Origin: Prochlorococcus sp. AG-679-M23 | Lineage (GTDB): Bacteria; Cyanobacteriota; Cyanobacteriia; PCC-6307; Cyanobiaceae | DNA length: 64,000 bases | Assembly (NCBI GenBank): GCA_003208875.1 | Contig: QCUR01000004.1 | Span: forward strand, 96,001 to 160,000 | Reading direction: 5' to 3' | Shown: piece by piece, positions 22,834-32,565 of the stretch | Numbering within the stretch: position 1 is the stretch's first letter | Layout of the letters: each line of letters opens with the position of its first letter | Position numbers and translations under genes: made by a program | Notes under the pieces: generated by a model | What the model was told of the DNA's origin: nothing | Database searches by the model: none | Seen by the model: the letters and a program-made list of their open reading frames with translations, nothing else

Positions 22834-23673
22834 TTATTGATCAGCAGCTTTACGCATTTCTTCACAAAATTTACCAATTTTATTTACAACTGCCTTTTCA
22901 TTACTATTAGATATTCTTTTAACAAATGCACTCCCTATAATTACTCCATCTGCTCCCCATTTGCAAACTTTATTAACATGTTCAGGGGTAGATATTCCGA
23001 AACCAACCGCGACAGGATTAATGCTTATTTCTTTTAATTTTGTAATAAGGTTCTCTACTCTATTTTCCATTTTGTTTCTCTCTCCTGTGACTCCTGTAAC
23101 GCTAACTAAATAAGTAAAACCTTTTGTATTATTTGATATAATTTTCATTCTTTCAGAGGGAGTAGTAGGAGCAACTAATAATATCAAGTCTATAGAATAA
23201 GAACTAATTATTTCTGAAAATTTATATGCTTCTTCCAAGGGTAGATCAGGAATTATTAATCCTGCAACTCCTGCTTCTGATGCCAATTCACAAAAATTCT
23301 CAAGTCCAAAATTTAATATTGGATTAAAATAAGTGAAAAGTATTATTGGGATATGCAATTTATCTTTGAGAGACTCTAATAATTTGACAACCTTTTTTAA
23401 GGTAGTTCCTGACTTTAATGCTCTAGATGCTGACAATTGAATGATTGGGCCATCAGCAAGAGGGTCGCTATAAGGGATCCCCAATTCAATAAGATCAGCA
23501 CCCTTATCTTGCAACTTTAATAAAATCTCAGAGGTAATTTCAATATTAGGATCACCTGCCATTATGAAAGGCATCAATGCTAATTTATTACTTTTCTTTA
23601 GTTCCAAAAACTTCTTATTTATTTTTGATAAAATTTCATTTTTAGGAATTTGCCTTTTCTTGTTTTCTTTCAT
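22834..23673 (-). CDS. trpA: Tryptophan synthase alpha chain
   Basis: IELGIPYSDPLADGPIIQ, YLVSVTGVTG, VGFGIS. Confidence 0.98.
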   Translation of the reverse strand: MKENKKRQIPKNEILSKINKKFLELKKSNKLALMPFIMAGDPNIEITSEILLKLQDKGADLIELGIPYSDPLADGPIIQLSASRALKSGTTLKKVVKLLESLKDKLHIPIILFTYFNPILNFGLENFCELASEAGVAGLIIPDLPLEEAYKFSEIISSYSIDLILLVAPTTPSERMKIISNNTKGFTYLVSVTGVTGERNKMENRVENLITKLKEISINPVAVGFGISTPEHVNKVCKWGADGVIIGSAFVKRISNSNEKAVVNKIGKFCEEMRKAADQ

Positions 23674-23711
23674 GAATTTTCGATATTTTTAATTAATAAA
23701 TCTTTAGGGGT

Positions 23712-24032
23712 TTATGGATTTTTTTCTAAATCTTCCATTAGTTTTTCCTGCTCTTCTTTTGATAATAAGTTAAATTTGATTTCTAGTTTATCATTCACAA
23801 TTTTTTCATACTCTTTTCTATAGCGCTTCCTTTGTTCCATAAAAGTCATTTTTCCGTTTAAAACTCTAAGAACATAAGATGAAACCCAAGTTATGACAAT
23901 CACAATCAAGATAAAGTTTGAGATAGTACTAGCTGTAAAGTTATCAATACCGATTTGTGGTGCTAATTTATAACTTAATAGTCCTAATAATGAGATTAAT
24001 AAACCTATTTGTAAAACCTTACCTTTAGTCAA
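23712..24032 (-). CDS. DUF3007 family membrane protein
   Basis: Two TM segments, W..SY..RV..GKMTFMEQR; typical position between ndhL and trpA. Confidence 0.85.
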   Translation of the reverse strand: MTKGKVLQIGLLISLLGLLSYKLAPQIGIDNFTASTISNFILIVIVITWVSSYVLRVLNGKMTFMEQRKRYRKEYEKIVNDKLEIKFNLLSKEEQEKLMEDLEKNP

Positions 24033-24036
24033 CTAT

Positions 24037-24270
24037 TTAACCTTTGCTATTTCCTCTTAATCTGAGATTTAAAAATGGAGAAAATATAATCAAACCTGGA
24101 AAAAAGAGAAAGACTAATCCATAAATTATTAATCTCTCAAATTTTCCCATAACATTCCATCTATTATTCATCCAGTAAAAAAGTATTAACGGAATAACAA
24201 ATAAATAAATAGAAATAATTCCAACGTAGGAAATTAAAGCAGCAAATGAATTATTTAAAATACTTTCCAT
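24037..24270 (-). CDS. ndhL: NDH-1 subunit L
   Basis: [28 protein letters not shown]. Confidence 0.92.
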   Translation of the reverse strand: MESILNNSFAALISYVGIISIYLFVIPLILFYWMNNRWNVMGKFERLIIYGLVFLFFPGLIIFSPFLNLRLRGNSKG

Positions 24271-24349
24271 TTAAAATTCTGGTTTATTTAGTTAAAACAT
24301 AACAACTATTAAAAGTTATCGTAAGAACTAAAAATAATTAGTTTAAGAA

Positions 24350-24435
24350 TGGGAGTGGGGGGACTTGAACCCCCACGAGCTAAAGCGCTCGACGGATTTT
24401 AAGTCCGGCGCGTCTACCAATTCCGCCACACTCCC
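24350..24435 (-). tRNA. trnL: tRNA-Leu(UAA), intronless, CCA not encoded
   Basis: GGGAGTGTGGCGGAATTGGTAGACGCGCCGGACTTAAAATCCG...GGTTCAAGTCCCCCCACTCCCA; acceptor stem GGGAGTG/CACTCCC, long variable arm, anticodon TAA. Confidence 0.97.
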
Positions 24436-24533
24436 ATAAGGAATTTGCGCTTTTCAATCGTAGCGGAAAGTATACCAATTAACCAAAAAATATCCCAATA
24501 TTTACACTTTTCTGGAATAGATGGATGCGCCAG

Positions 24534-24568
24534 AGTAATGATTATTTATTCATTACTGAATAAATAAT
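24534..24568. promoter_or_regulatory. Overlapping inverted repeats upstream of the islet gene (operator-like)
   Basis: ATTATTTATTCA-N4-TGAATAAATAAT (24541-24568) and AGTAATGA-N8-TCATTACT (24534-24557). Confidence 0.4.
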
Positions 24569-24621
24569 TGCCTCTTCACAGTCTTTTAGCTAGCAATTAT
24601 GTAATTAACATAATAAAAAAG

Positions 24622-25740
24622 ATGAAAAAATTTATAGCATTATCTTTAATAAGTACGAGCTTTTTCATGTGTAGCAATTCAGTAAAAGCCGACCTAATAA
24701 GAGTAGTTACTTTAGGAAGTAAGAACTATAAAGTTCAACGCGTTAATGAAACAACCAATGAGGCTACTGATTTAGTTGAATTTAATCAACCTAGTGGAAT
24801 AGCATCTTCAGGTTCTTTTCTGGATTCTTACAATAGAAAACTTTATATGGCTGGTGATAGTGATGGATATACTATATATGATATTGACGCAAATACAATT
24901 ACAAAAGTACCTTACGGATTGACTGGCCAGCTTAATAATTTTGTACCTTGGGAAGGTAAAAACGTTATCAAAAAAAATGAAGATGGAACTATTCAGATAG
25001 GTGGGGATACTAATGATGTCGACATAACTTCAGAGGGTTTATCTGTTGATGGAGATCCCATAATTAGCAAGAAAGCAAATGGTGAATTACATATTGGTAA
25101 AAATTCTTGGATTACTAAAGAAGAAAACGGAAGACAAAAGGTTTATGCAAAAGATAATGCAGGAAATCCGATTCCTATTGATTACACAAATGGAACAAAA
25201 CTATTAATTAATGGAAGAGATGTTGAGCAATCGATTAATAATGTAGGGGCATTAAGTGCTGCTTTAACAGGATTACCAACCGTTCCATCTAATACGACTC
25301 TTGCCTGTGGTCTTGGAGCAGGAACTCATGGAGGTGATTTTGCTTTATCAGGAGGTTGTGCCTCTAAAGTTAATAAAACCTTATCAGTTAACTATGCGGC
25401 ATCAATGACAATGCCTGGGCAAGATTATGCAGGTGATTTTGAAGATCAGTTTTCAGCTAGAGCTGGCTTTGTTTGGCAATTAGGAAAATCAAATAAATCA
25501 ACTCAAATTAGTTTGAATCAGAAAAAAGAAATGGATCTAAAAATATCTAAACTAGAAAATAATAATGAATCTTTAAAATCTGATATTGAATTATTCAAAG
25601 AAGAAAACAAGGGACTGAAGGTTAAAAATAATGAAATTATTTCTCTAAATGCAAAGCTTATTGCGAGATTAGAAAGATTAGAAAATATTGCTTTTAAGTT
25701 ACAAAAAAATGAAGGACTTAAGTTATCACAGGGGCATTAA
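24622..25740 (+). CDS. Secreted protein with YadA-like anchor region and C-terminal coiled coil
   Basis: ATG at 24622 gives signal peptide MKKFIALSLISTSFFMCSNSVKA; INNVGALSAALTGLP...GLGAGTHGGDFALSGG...ARAGFVWQLG resembles a YadA anchor; heptad-rich tail. Confidence 0.7.
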   Translation: MKKFIALSLISTSFFMCSNSVKADLIRVVTLGSKNYKVQRVNETTNEATDLVEFNQPSGIASSGSFLDSYNRKLYMAGDSDGYTIYDIDANTITKVPYGLTGQLNNFVPWEGKNVIKKNEDGTIQIGGDTNDVDITSEGLSVDGDPIISKKANGELHIGKNSWITKEENGRQKVYAKDNAGNPIPIDYTNGTKLLINGRDVEQSINNVGALSAALTGLPTVPSNTTLACGLGAGTHGGDFALSGGCASKVNKTLSVNYAASMTMPGQDYAGDFEDQFSARAGFVWQLGKSNKSTQISLNQKKEMDLKISKLENNNESLKSDIELFKEENKGLKVKNNEIISLNAKLIARLERLENIAFKLQKNEGLKLSQGH

Positions 25741-25828
25741 AGATAATAGTTACATCTTAATTTTCATTTATAATCACGCGCGAGATTATTGGTTGGATGT
25801 TTATCCTAATATGGAAGGGTTATATATT

Positions 25829-25859
25829 AAGAAAGGGACTGAGTTTTACCCCAATCCCT
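25829..25859 (-). terminator. Minus-strand hairpin terminator inside the islet
   Basis: AGGGAUUGGG-GUAAAA-CUCAGUCCCU, 10-bp stem with two G-U pairs, followed by UUCUU. Confidence 0.55.
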
Positions 25860-25897
25860 ATTTGACCAGTTAGCTAGTGTATAAGATTATCAATTTC

Positions 25898-25938
25898 ATT
25901 TTAAGTCCGGCGAGTCTACCAATTCCGCCACACTCCCA
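25898..25938 (-). pseudogene. tRNA-Leu 5'-half fragment (att-like repeat)
   Basis: Identical to tRNA positions 24396-24436 except C>A at 25913; identity ends just past the anticodon loop. Confidence 0.9.
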
Positions 25939-26112
25939 AGAGGAATTTACCATTTTCCTAGCCGAAACTATCTCAATTAGACAAGAAAAATGCGAAAATT
26001 TAAATTTTCTCGCCATCTTAAAATTAATTTAAATCTTTCAATCATTAAATTAATCATTCATAAAAAATACTGTACTCATTTTTTTTATAAGTAATACAAT
26101 TTCTTTATCTTT

Positions 26113-27162
26113 TTATTTAACTACTCCCTCTACTTGCCAAGTTAAAGTTTCACCTCCATGAAATGGTTTTATTTGTCCAACAACTTTATTATTCTCAATT
26201 ACTTCAATAAATTCTGGAATTTCACGTGACCTAGATACCAATCTTATTTTTTCGTTATTGATAGGTAAATTATAAAAAGTAGGTCCATTCAAGCTAGCAA
26301 ATTTTTCGAATTGATCTAGTGCATTTTCCTCCTCAAAAACTTTTAAATAACTTTCTATTGCTACTGGAGAATTAAAAATGCCTGCACAACCACAAAAAGC
26401 TTTCCACTGTCTTAGGTGAGGAGCAGAATCTGTGCCTAAGAAAAAACATTCTTTTCCACTTGTGGCAGCTTTCCTTAAAGCAATTCTATTATTTTCTCTC
26501 TTAGCGACTGGTAGGCAGTAAAAGTCACTATTTAAACCTCCAAAGAACATTGCATTCCTATTTATGTGTAAATGATGAGGAGTAATAGTAGCTCCTAAGT
26601 TATTACTCTGAACAAAATCAACTGCATGAGAGGTGGTTATATGCTCTAAAACAATCTTTAATTTTGGAAATTGTTGTATTAAAGGTGAAAGTTCTTTATC
26701 TATAAAAACCTCTTCCCTATCAAAAATATCTACTTCAGGATCAGTTACTTCTCCATGAATTAAAAGTGGCATTCCAAGTTCTTGCATAACTTCAAATATT
26801 TCATAAAGATTTTCTATTTTTTTAACTCCATGTCTAGAGTTTGTTGTTGCATTAGCAGGATACAATTTGGCAGCAAAGAAAACTTTATTATTAAAGCCTT
26901 CTATTAATTCATGTTTTATTGTCTCGTCAGTCAGGTATATCGTCATTAATGGCTCAAACGTGGAATTACCAGATAATGCCTCAGATATAGATTTCTTATA
27001 AGAAATACATTTTTCTATAGAAGTTATTGGGTTTTTGGTATTTGGCATCACAATAGCCCTACCAAAATATTGAGAGGTAAACCTAATAATATTTTTTAAA
27101 ACAATACCTTCCCTTAAATGTAAATGCCAATCATCCGGTTTTAATATAATTAATTCTTTCAA
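26113..27162 (-). CDS. pyrC: Dihydroorotase
   Basis: PDDWHLHLR, KLYPA.ATTNS, FLGTDSAPH. Confidence 0.97.
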   Translation of the reverse strand: MKELIILKPDDWHLHLREGIVLKNIIRFTSQYFGRAIVMPNTKNPITSIEKCISYKKSISEALSGNSTFEPLMTIYLTDETIKHELIEGFNNKVFFAAKLYPANATTNSRHGVKKIENLYEIFEVMQELGMPLLIHGEVTDPEVDIFDREEVFIDKELSPLIQQFPKLKIVLEHITTSHAVDFVQSNNLGATITPHHLHINRNAMFFGGLNSDFYCLPVAKRENNRIALRKAATSGKECFFLGTDSAPHLRQWKAFCGCAGIFNSPVAIESYLKVFEEENALDQFEKFASLNGPTFYNLPINNEKIRLVSRSREIPEFIEVIENNKVVGQIKPFHGGETLTWQVEGVVK

Positions 27163-27270
27163 AATTTTAATTATTTGATTAATCTTAACAGCAAATAAAA
27201 ATTGACAATAGTTTTAAGACAGTTAATGAACAAATTAAAGATATAATCATCTAAATAAGTCTTTCTAAAT

Positions 27271-28350
27271 ATGAGTGAATTTATATTGCCGATAATAGAG
27301 ATCATAATTGGAATAATATTACTTTTTGCAGGCGGAGAATTATTCATTCAAGGGGCCATTTCTTTATCGTTAATTTTAGGGATACCTCAAATAGTAATAG
27401 GATTAACTGTTGTTTCTTTAGGTACAAGTTCTCCTGAATTATTAGTAAGTTTAAATTCAATCTTCAAGGGGAGTGACTCACTCGCAGCAAGCAATGTGAT
27501 AGGAAGCAATATTTTTAATGTTCTTGTAGTCTTAGGAATAAGCTCATTAATAACCCCTTTAAAAGTAAAAAGTAGAATAGTCCGAAGAGATGTACCCCTT
27601 TTAATAGCTATTTCATGTGCAGTCTGGGCAATGTCTTCCACTGGTCTTTTGACTTGGCAAGCAGGAATTTTTCTAATATTCTGTTTAACTTTAAATACAC
27701 TTTGGGAAATAAATACTATTAAGGAAAATGAGGAGGATACAAAAAAAGCCGAACCAGAGATAGAAAAATCTCCAGGCATTGAAAGAGGTGAGTTAAATAT
27801 TATATTAAAATTAATTTCTGGAATTTTTCTTCTAAGCTTTGGTTCAAATATTTTAGTAAATGGTTCTCAATCCTTAGCGACTCTATTAGGGGTAAATGAA
27901 ATTATTATTGGTCTAACTATAGTTGCAACTGGTACCTCTCTGCCAGAACTAGTTACTTCAATAATTGCAGCATTGAAAGGTAAAACAGATCTTGCAATTG
28001 GTAATGTTATTGGAAGCAATTTGCTTAATCAGCTTCTTATTCTTGGAAGTTGCAGTATTTTTTCTGGATTAAAAGGGTTTACAATTGATCAAAGTCTTAT
28101 AAAAGTTGACTTACCATTTATGGTTTTAACGACTTTTGCCTGCCTCCCAATCTTTTGGAGCAAGGGTAAAATCACTAGAACTGAGGGCTTTATACTTTTA
28201 AATCTATATATTTTCTACATCGTTGATAAGATATTGTTCTTAAACGGATTTAACAATCTCTATGAATTGAGAGTTTGTATTTTTGTTTATTTTGCATTTT
28301 TAACAGTATTTCTTTTTGCCCAAGAAAGTCTCAAAATAACTAGAAGATAA
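27271..28350 (+). CDS. Ca2+/Na+ antiporter (CaCA, YrbG-like)
   Basis: Two alpha repeats: GTSSPEL..GSNIFN and GTSLPEL..GSNLLN. Confidence 0.92.
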   Translation: MSEFILPIIEIIIGIILLFAGGELFIQGAISLSLILGIPQIVIGLTVVSLGTSSPELLVSLNSIFKGSDSLAASNVIGSNIFNVLVVLGISSLITPLKVKSRIVRRDVPLLIAISCAVWAMSSTGLLTWQAGIFLIFCLTLNTLWEINTIKENEEDTKKAEPEIEKSPGIERGELNIILKLISGIFLLSFGSNILVNGSQSLATLLGVNEIIIGLTIVATGTSLPELVTSIIAALKGKTDLAIGNVIGSNLLNQLLILGSCSIFSGLKGFTIDQSLIKVDLPFMVLTTFACLPIFWSKGKITRTEGFILLNLYIFYIVDKILFLNGFNNLYELRVCIFVYFAFLTVFLFAQESLKITRR

Positions 28351-28355
28351 TTTAA

Positions 28356-29735
28356 TTACCCGTACATAGTTACAAATTCCTCTGAAATAGTAGGATGCAA
28401 CGCCATAGTAGTATCAAAATCCTTTTTAGTAATCCCTGCATTTAAAGACACTGCAACCATTTGTATAATCTCAGAAGCTGCTTCTCCAAACATATGGCAG
28501 CCTAGGACCTTATCATTTTTTTTATTGACCACAAGTTTTAACATACATTTAGATTTATTTTTTTTAAAGGTATTAGACATAGGCGTAAAATTACATTTAA
28601 AAACTTGCACATTTACTTCCGAATAAATTTCATTTGCCTTTTCCTCACTTAGTCCAACTGTTGAAATTTCTGGGATAGTAAAGACTGCCTTAGGAATATT
28701 TTCATAATTAACTTTTCTTTTAAGAGCAGCGAAATAATTATCTGCAAAAACTCTCCCTTGTTCAATTGCTACAGGCGTTAAATTTGGTTTTTTTATTATA
28801 TCTCCAATAGCAAATATATTAGAATTACTTGTCTGATTAAGCTCATTAACTTCTATATATATTCCATCCATTTTTAGATTTAAAGTATCTAAATTTAATC
28901 TTTTAAGAGAAGGCTCTCGTCCAGTTGCAACAAGTATATTATCGGTTAATAATTTACTTCCTGATTCCAAGGTTGACTCTAGATCATCATTTATTTTTTT
29001 TATGGACTTTAACTGATTTTTGAATTTTAAATTTATACCTAAGGAAGTCATTGATTTTTCTAAACATTCAGATAAGTCTTTGTCAAAACCATTTAACAAG
29101 TTCTCACCTCTTATTAATTGAGTAACTTCAGTGCCTAAGTTTTTAAAAATAGATGCAAATTCACAGGCAATATAACCTCCCCCAACTATTAATAATTTCT
29201 TAGGAAAATCTTTTAATTCAAAAATATCATCGCTGCTCCACGCTAAATCTGTTCCGGGAATATTTAATTTTTTTGGTTTACCTCCAACTGAAATAAGAAT
29301 ACTTTTGGCACTTACTTTTCTTAAAATATTTTTTGTTTTTGGACAAACTACTTCTACCGTATTTTGATTTAAAAATCTTCCAAGGCCCTCAAAAACTTTA
29401 ACGTTTAATTTTTTTAAAGAATTTGAATGTAAAGCACTTAGTCTAGAAACTTCTTCCCTCACATTTTTTAGTAAAATATTAGATTCAAAAGTTATTTCTT
29501 TGCTTATTAACCCATACCCTTCAGATGAAACCATATTTTTTCTATTATTAGCAGCATAAACCATCAATTTTTTTGGCACGCAACCTCGAATAACGCAGGT
29601 CCCACCAATTTTGTTTACTTCAATTATTGCAACTTTTGCGCCATAACTCGCAGCTCGTTTTGCAGCAGCCAATCCTCCCGAACCAGCACCCACAACAATT
29701 AAGTCAAATTCAAATTCCAAAACCTTTAAAATCAT
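28356..29735 (-). CDS. gor: Glutathione-disulfide reductase
   Basis: GAGSGG, GGTCVIRGCVPKK, HPTISEEF. Confidence 0.95.
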   Translation of the reverse strand: MILKVLEFEFDLIVVGAGSGGLAAAKRAASYGAKVAIIEVNKIGGTCVIRGCVPKKLMVYAANNRKNMVSSEGYGLISKEITFESNILLKNVREEVSRLSALHSNSLKKLNVKVFEGLGRFLNQNTVEVVCPKTKNILRKVSAKSILISVGGKPKKLNIPGTDLAWSSDDIFELKDFPKKLLIVGGGYIACEFASIFKNLGTEVTQLIRGENLLNGFDKDLSECLEKSMTSLGINLKFKNQLKSIKKINDDLESTLESGSKLLTDNILVATGREPSLKRLNLDTLNLKMDGIYIEVNELNQTSNSNIFAIGDIIKKPNLTPVAIEQGRVFADNYFAALKRKVNYENIPKAVFTIPEISTVGLSEEKANEIYSEVNVQVFKCNFTPMSNTFKKNKSKCMLKLVVNKKNDKVLGCHMFGEAASEIIQMVAVSLNAGITKKDFDTTMALHPTISEEFVTMYG

Positions 29736-29771
29736 TTATTATATCGTAAATATAAAGCTTAAATTCAGTAA

Positions 29772-31001
29772 ATGAATAACATATTGAGTTGGCCTGATTT
29801 AAGTAAATTCAAAATTGATGATATTGATAGAGTTAATGGGATAAATAATTCTTATTCAAACTTAAGATTATTTGGGCATTGTGAAAAAGAAGTCGAACTA
29901 ATTTTCTATAGAGATCGACATTCTTGGTGCCCTTACTGTCAAAAAATATGGTTATGGCTTGAATTCAAAAGGATTCCTTACAAAGTGAAGAAAATAAATA
30001 TGTATTGTTATGGCCAAAAAGAAAAGTGGTATCTCAACAAAGTTAGTTCTGGTAAATTACCTGCAATAGAACTGAATGGCAAGATAATAACTGAAAGTGA
30101 TAATATTATTACTTTTTTAGAAAATGAATTTGGAACACTTGGTTCCTCACTATTATCAAACGATCTTAGAGAAGTTAGAAATTTAGAAAGAGAAATTTTT
30201 AGATCATGGTGTAATTGGCTTTGCAGAAAAAGCCTTAATTATTTAGATGTATCCTTTCGAAAAAAGAAATTTAGAGAATCTATTTGCAAATTAGAAAAAA
30301 TATTAAGTTTATCCAAAACAGGATTTATTGATTCACCAATACATGATTCAGAAAAATTAGAGCCAGGTACTGGAGACATAATTTTTATTCCATATATGGA
30401 AAGAATGAATGCTTCATTAAGTTATTACAAGGGGTTCGATCTAAGAAATAATTATCCTTTTATTGATAGATGGTTAACACTTTTTGAAAATTTCAGTGCA
30501 TATAGAGGTACTCAAGGTGATTTTCATACTCATTCCCATGATCTCCCTCCTCAAATGGGTGGCTGCTTTAAGGATATAAATGATCAACAAGTTTCCTTTT
30601 CTAATCTAATAGATGTTGGAGAAGGACTAGGGAGATTGGAATTTAATCAAGATACTGACATGGATTATTACGCTAAATTTGCACTTCAAAGAGTTCTAAA
30701 ACATAAAGACAATATTATTAACGCTAATCCTTATGAAAAAGACTTATTTGAGGAATCATTAAGGGCTGCTCTTACCCATATGATTACCTCCGAAATGAAT
30801 GAAGTGCCCAAAAAGGGAGCTACATCTATCAACTATTTAAAAAATAGAATTTCTGTGCCAAGAGATATGCCCATAATTTCTGCAAGGATTTTAAGACAAT
30901 CTTTAAATAAAATTGAGTCAACGAATCTTAATTCCAAAATTGATAAGATTCCAGAAAAACATAGATATGATCAAGATCCTGCAAGATTTATATTAAAATA
31001 A
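29772..31001 (+). CDS. Glutathione S-transferase family protein
   Basis: WCPYCQKIW, SGKLPAIEL, ESD motif; divergent from gor. Confidence 0.85.
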   Translation: MNNILSWPDLSKFKIDDIDRVNGINNSYSNLRLFGHCEKEVELIFYRDRHSWCPYCQKIWLWLEFKRIPYKVKKINMYCYGQKEKWYLNKVSSGKLPAIELNGKIITESDNIITFLENEFGTLGSSLLSNDLREVRNLEREIFRSWCNWLCRKSLNYLDVSFRKKKFRESICKLEKILSLSKTGFIDSPIHDSEKLEPGTGDIIFIPYMERMNASLSYYKGFDLRNNYPFIDRWLTLFENFSAYRGTQGDFHTHSHDLPPQMGGCFKDINDQQVSFSNLIDVGEGLGRLEFNQDTDMDYYAKFALQRVLKHKDNIINANPYEKDLFEESLRAALTHMITSEMNEVPKKGATSINYLKNRISVPRDMPIISARILRQSLNKIESTNLNSKIDKIPEKHRYDQDPARFILK

Positions 31002-31004
31002 AGA

Positions 31005-32396
31005 TTATAAATTTTTTCTTGAATCGATTTGAAGTAAATCTTTTATTTTTTGAACTTGACTGGCAACATTTGGATCACTTGACAATTTTTTTTCTACTTG
31101 CTCGATAGCATACATAACTGTTGTATGATCTTTACCTCCAAATTCATCTCCAATTTTTGGAAGGCTTAGATCAGTTCCCTGCCTCATTAGATACATGCCT
31201 ATTTGCCTTGCTTGGCTGACTGGCTTTCTTCTGCTTGAACTAACTAATTCTTCAGCTGAAACTTCAAAGAAATCTGAGACTTTTTTAATTACCTGCTTAG
31301 GAGTCACTACTACTCCAACGCTATTTGGATCAAGCATTGGAGCAATTGATTGAACTGTCATAGGTAATCCAGTTATTGAGGCAAAAGCTACTGCCCTAGT
31401 AAAGGCTCCCTCTAATTCTCTAATATTTGAAGAAAATCTTCCTGCGATAAATTGAATCAAATCTCTTGGGAGATTCATTCTTTCTTGTTCAGCTTTTTTC
31501 TGCAGAATCGCCATTCTTGTCTCTATATCAGGAGGTTGAATATCTGCTATTAATCCCATTGAGAATCTTGAAATTAGCCTTTCTTGTAATTTAGGTATTT
31601 GACTAGGAGGCCTATCACTTGCAATAACGATTTGTTTACCCGCTTCATATAAAGCATTGAAAGTATTAAAAAATTCTTCTTGTGTATATTCCTTGCCCTC
31701 CAAGAATTGTATATCGTCAATTAATAATAGATCTACTGATCTATATTTATTTTTAAAGGCATGCATTCCATCTTTTCTAATAGATTGAATTAAATCACTG
31801 CTGAAAGTTTCAGTAGAAACATATAAAACTTTCGCATCTGGATCAATTTCTACCCGATAATGACCAACAGCTTGCATCAAGTGAGTCTTTCCAAGGCCGA
31901 CACCACCACAAATAAATAAGGGATTAAATTCTCTTCCTGGAGATTCTGCCACTGCTAAAGCAGCAGCATGGGCCATTCGACTATTAGGACCTACAACAAA
32001 TCTTTTAAAGACATAACGTGTATTTAAAGAATGAGATTTTTTTGATCTATTAATTGAATTATTAACTTGATTTATAGAAAATGATTTTGATTGAGAATTA
32101 ATATTTTGCAGACTAACAGAATCAGAAGAATTTAAATTGTTGTTGATATTAGTTTCAGACTTAAAAACTACTTTTACATTATGTCCACAAATTTCTTCTG
32201 CAGCTTTTTCAATAGTTTCACTATAATTTTTTCTTAGCCAATCACTTGTAAAGTTATTTGGAGTAATAAGAGTTAACAATCCATTTTCAAAACAATTAAA
32301 TTTTGCTGGCCTTATCCAAGTTTCGAAAGAAGGCTTGCTTAAATTCTTTTGAAGTAATTGTTGAACTTCTGCCCAAATGGGATTGGCTGCTTGCAC
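31005..32396 (-). CDS. dnaA: Chromosomal replication initiator DnaA
   Basis: [37 protein letters not shown]. Confidence 0.98.
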   Translation of the reverse strand: MQAANPIWAEVQQLLQKNLSKPSFETWIRPAKFNCFENGLLTLITPNNFTSDWLRKNYSETIEKAAEEICGHNVKVVFKSETNINNNLNSSDSVSLQNINSQSKSFSINQVNNSINRSKKSHSLNTRYVFKRFVVGPNSRMAHAAALAVAESPGREFNPLFICGGVGLGKTHLMQAVGHYRVEIDPDAKVLYVSTETFSSDLIQSIRKDGMHAFKNKYRSVDLLLIDDIQFLEGKEYTQEEFFNTFNALYEAGKQIVIASDRPPSQIPKLQERLISRFSMGLIADIQPPDIETRMAILQKKAEQERMNLPRDLIQFIAGRFSSNIRELEGAFTRAVAFASITGLPMTVQSIAPMLDPNSVGVVVTPKQVIKKVSDFFEVSAEELVSSSRRKPVSQARQIGMYLMRQGTDLSLPKIGDEFGGKDHTTVMYAIEQVEKKLSSDPNVASQVQKIKDLLQIDSRKNL

Positions 32397-32565
32397 TAAA
32401 TTTTTTCAATAGATATTTAATCTAGTGGGAATTTATTAATTGGTCAGTCCCAGATCATAAGATCATGATAAATTTAAAATTTATTAACAATGCAGATTAT
32501 AAATTTGAAAAAAGTGAAATCTATTAATTGCCTAAACCTTATAATAATTACAACTTATTTATGTT

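Larger units (their letters stand above)
24396..25938. mobile_element. tRNA-Leu-integrated genomic islet (integrase-less remnant)
   Basis: 41-bp direct repeat at 24396-24436 and 25898-25938 (1 mismatch) equal to the tRNA 5' half, flanking one accessory gene. Confidence 0.8.

Noticed and set aside
24350..24435. Group I intron in tRNA-Leu(UAA), common in other cyanobacteria
   Set aside because: The anticodon loop CTTAAAA is uninterrupted in the intact gene, and the 1.5-kb insert is flanked by a duplicated 5' half, so it is not an intron
25688..25873. 61-aa ORF at the islet end, considered as an integrase or excisionase fragment
   Set aside because: TTG start overlaps the upstream gene, no recombinase motifs, and it spans a hairpin
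32397..32565. oriC next to dnaA
   Set aside because: No cluster of TTATCCACA-like boxes seen and no dnaN neighbour; dnaA is commonly unlinked from oriC in marine picocyanobacteria
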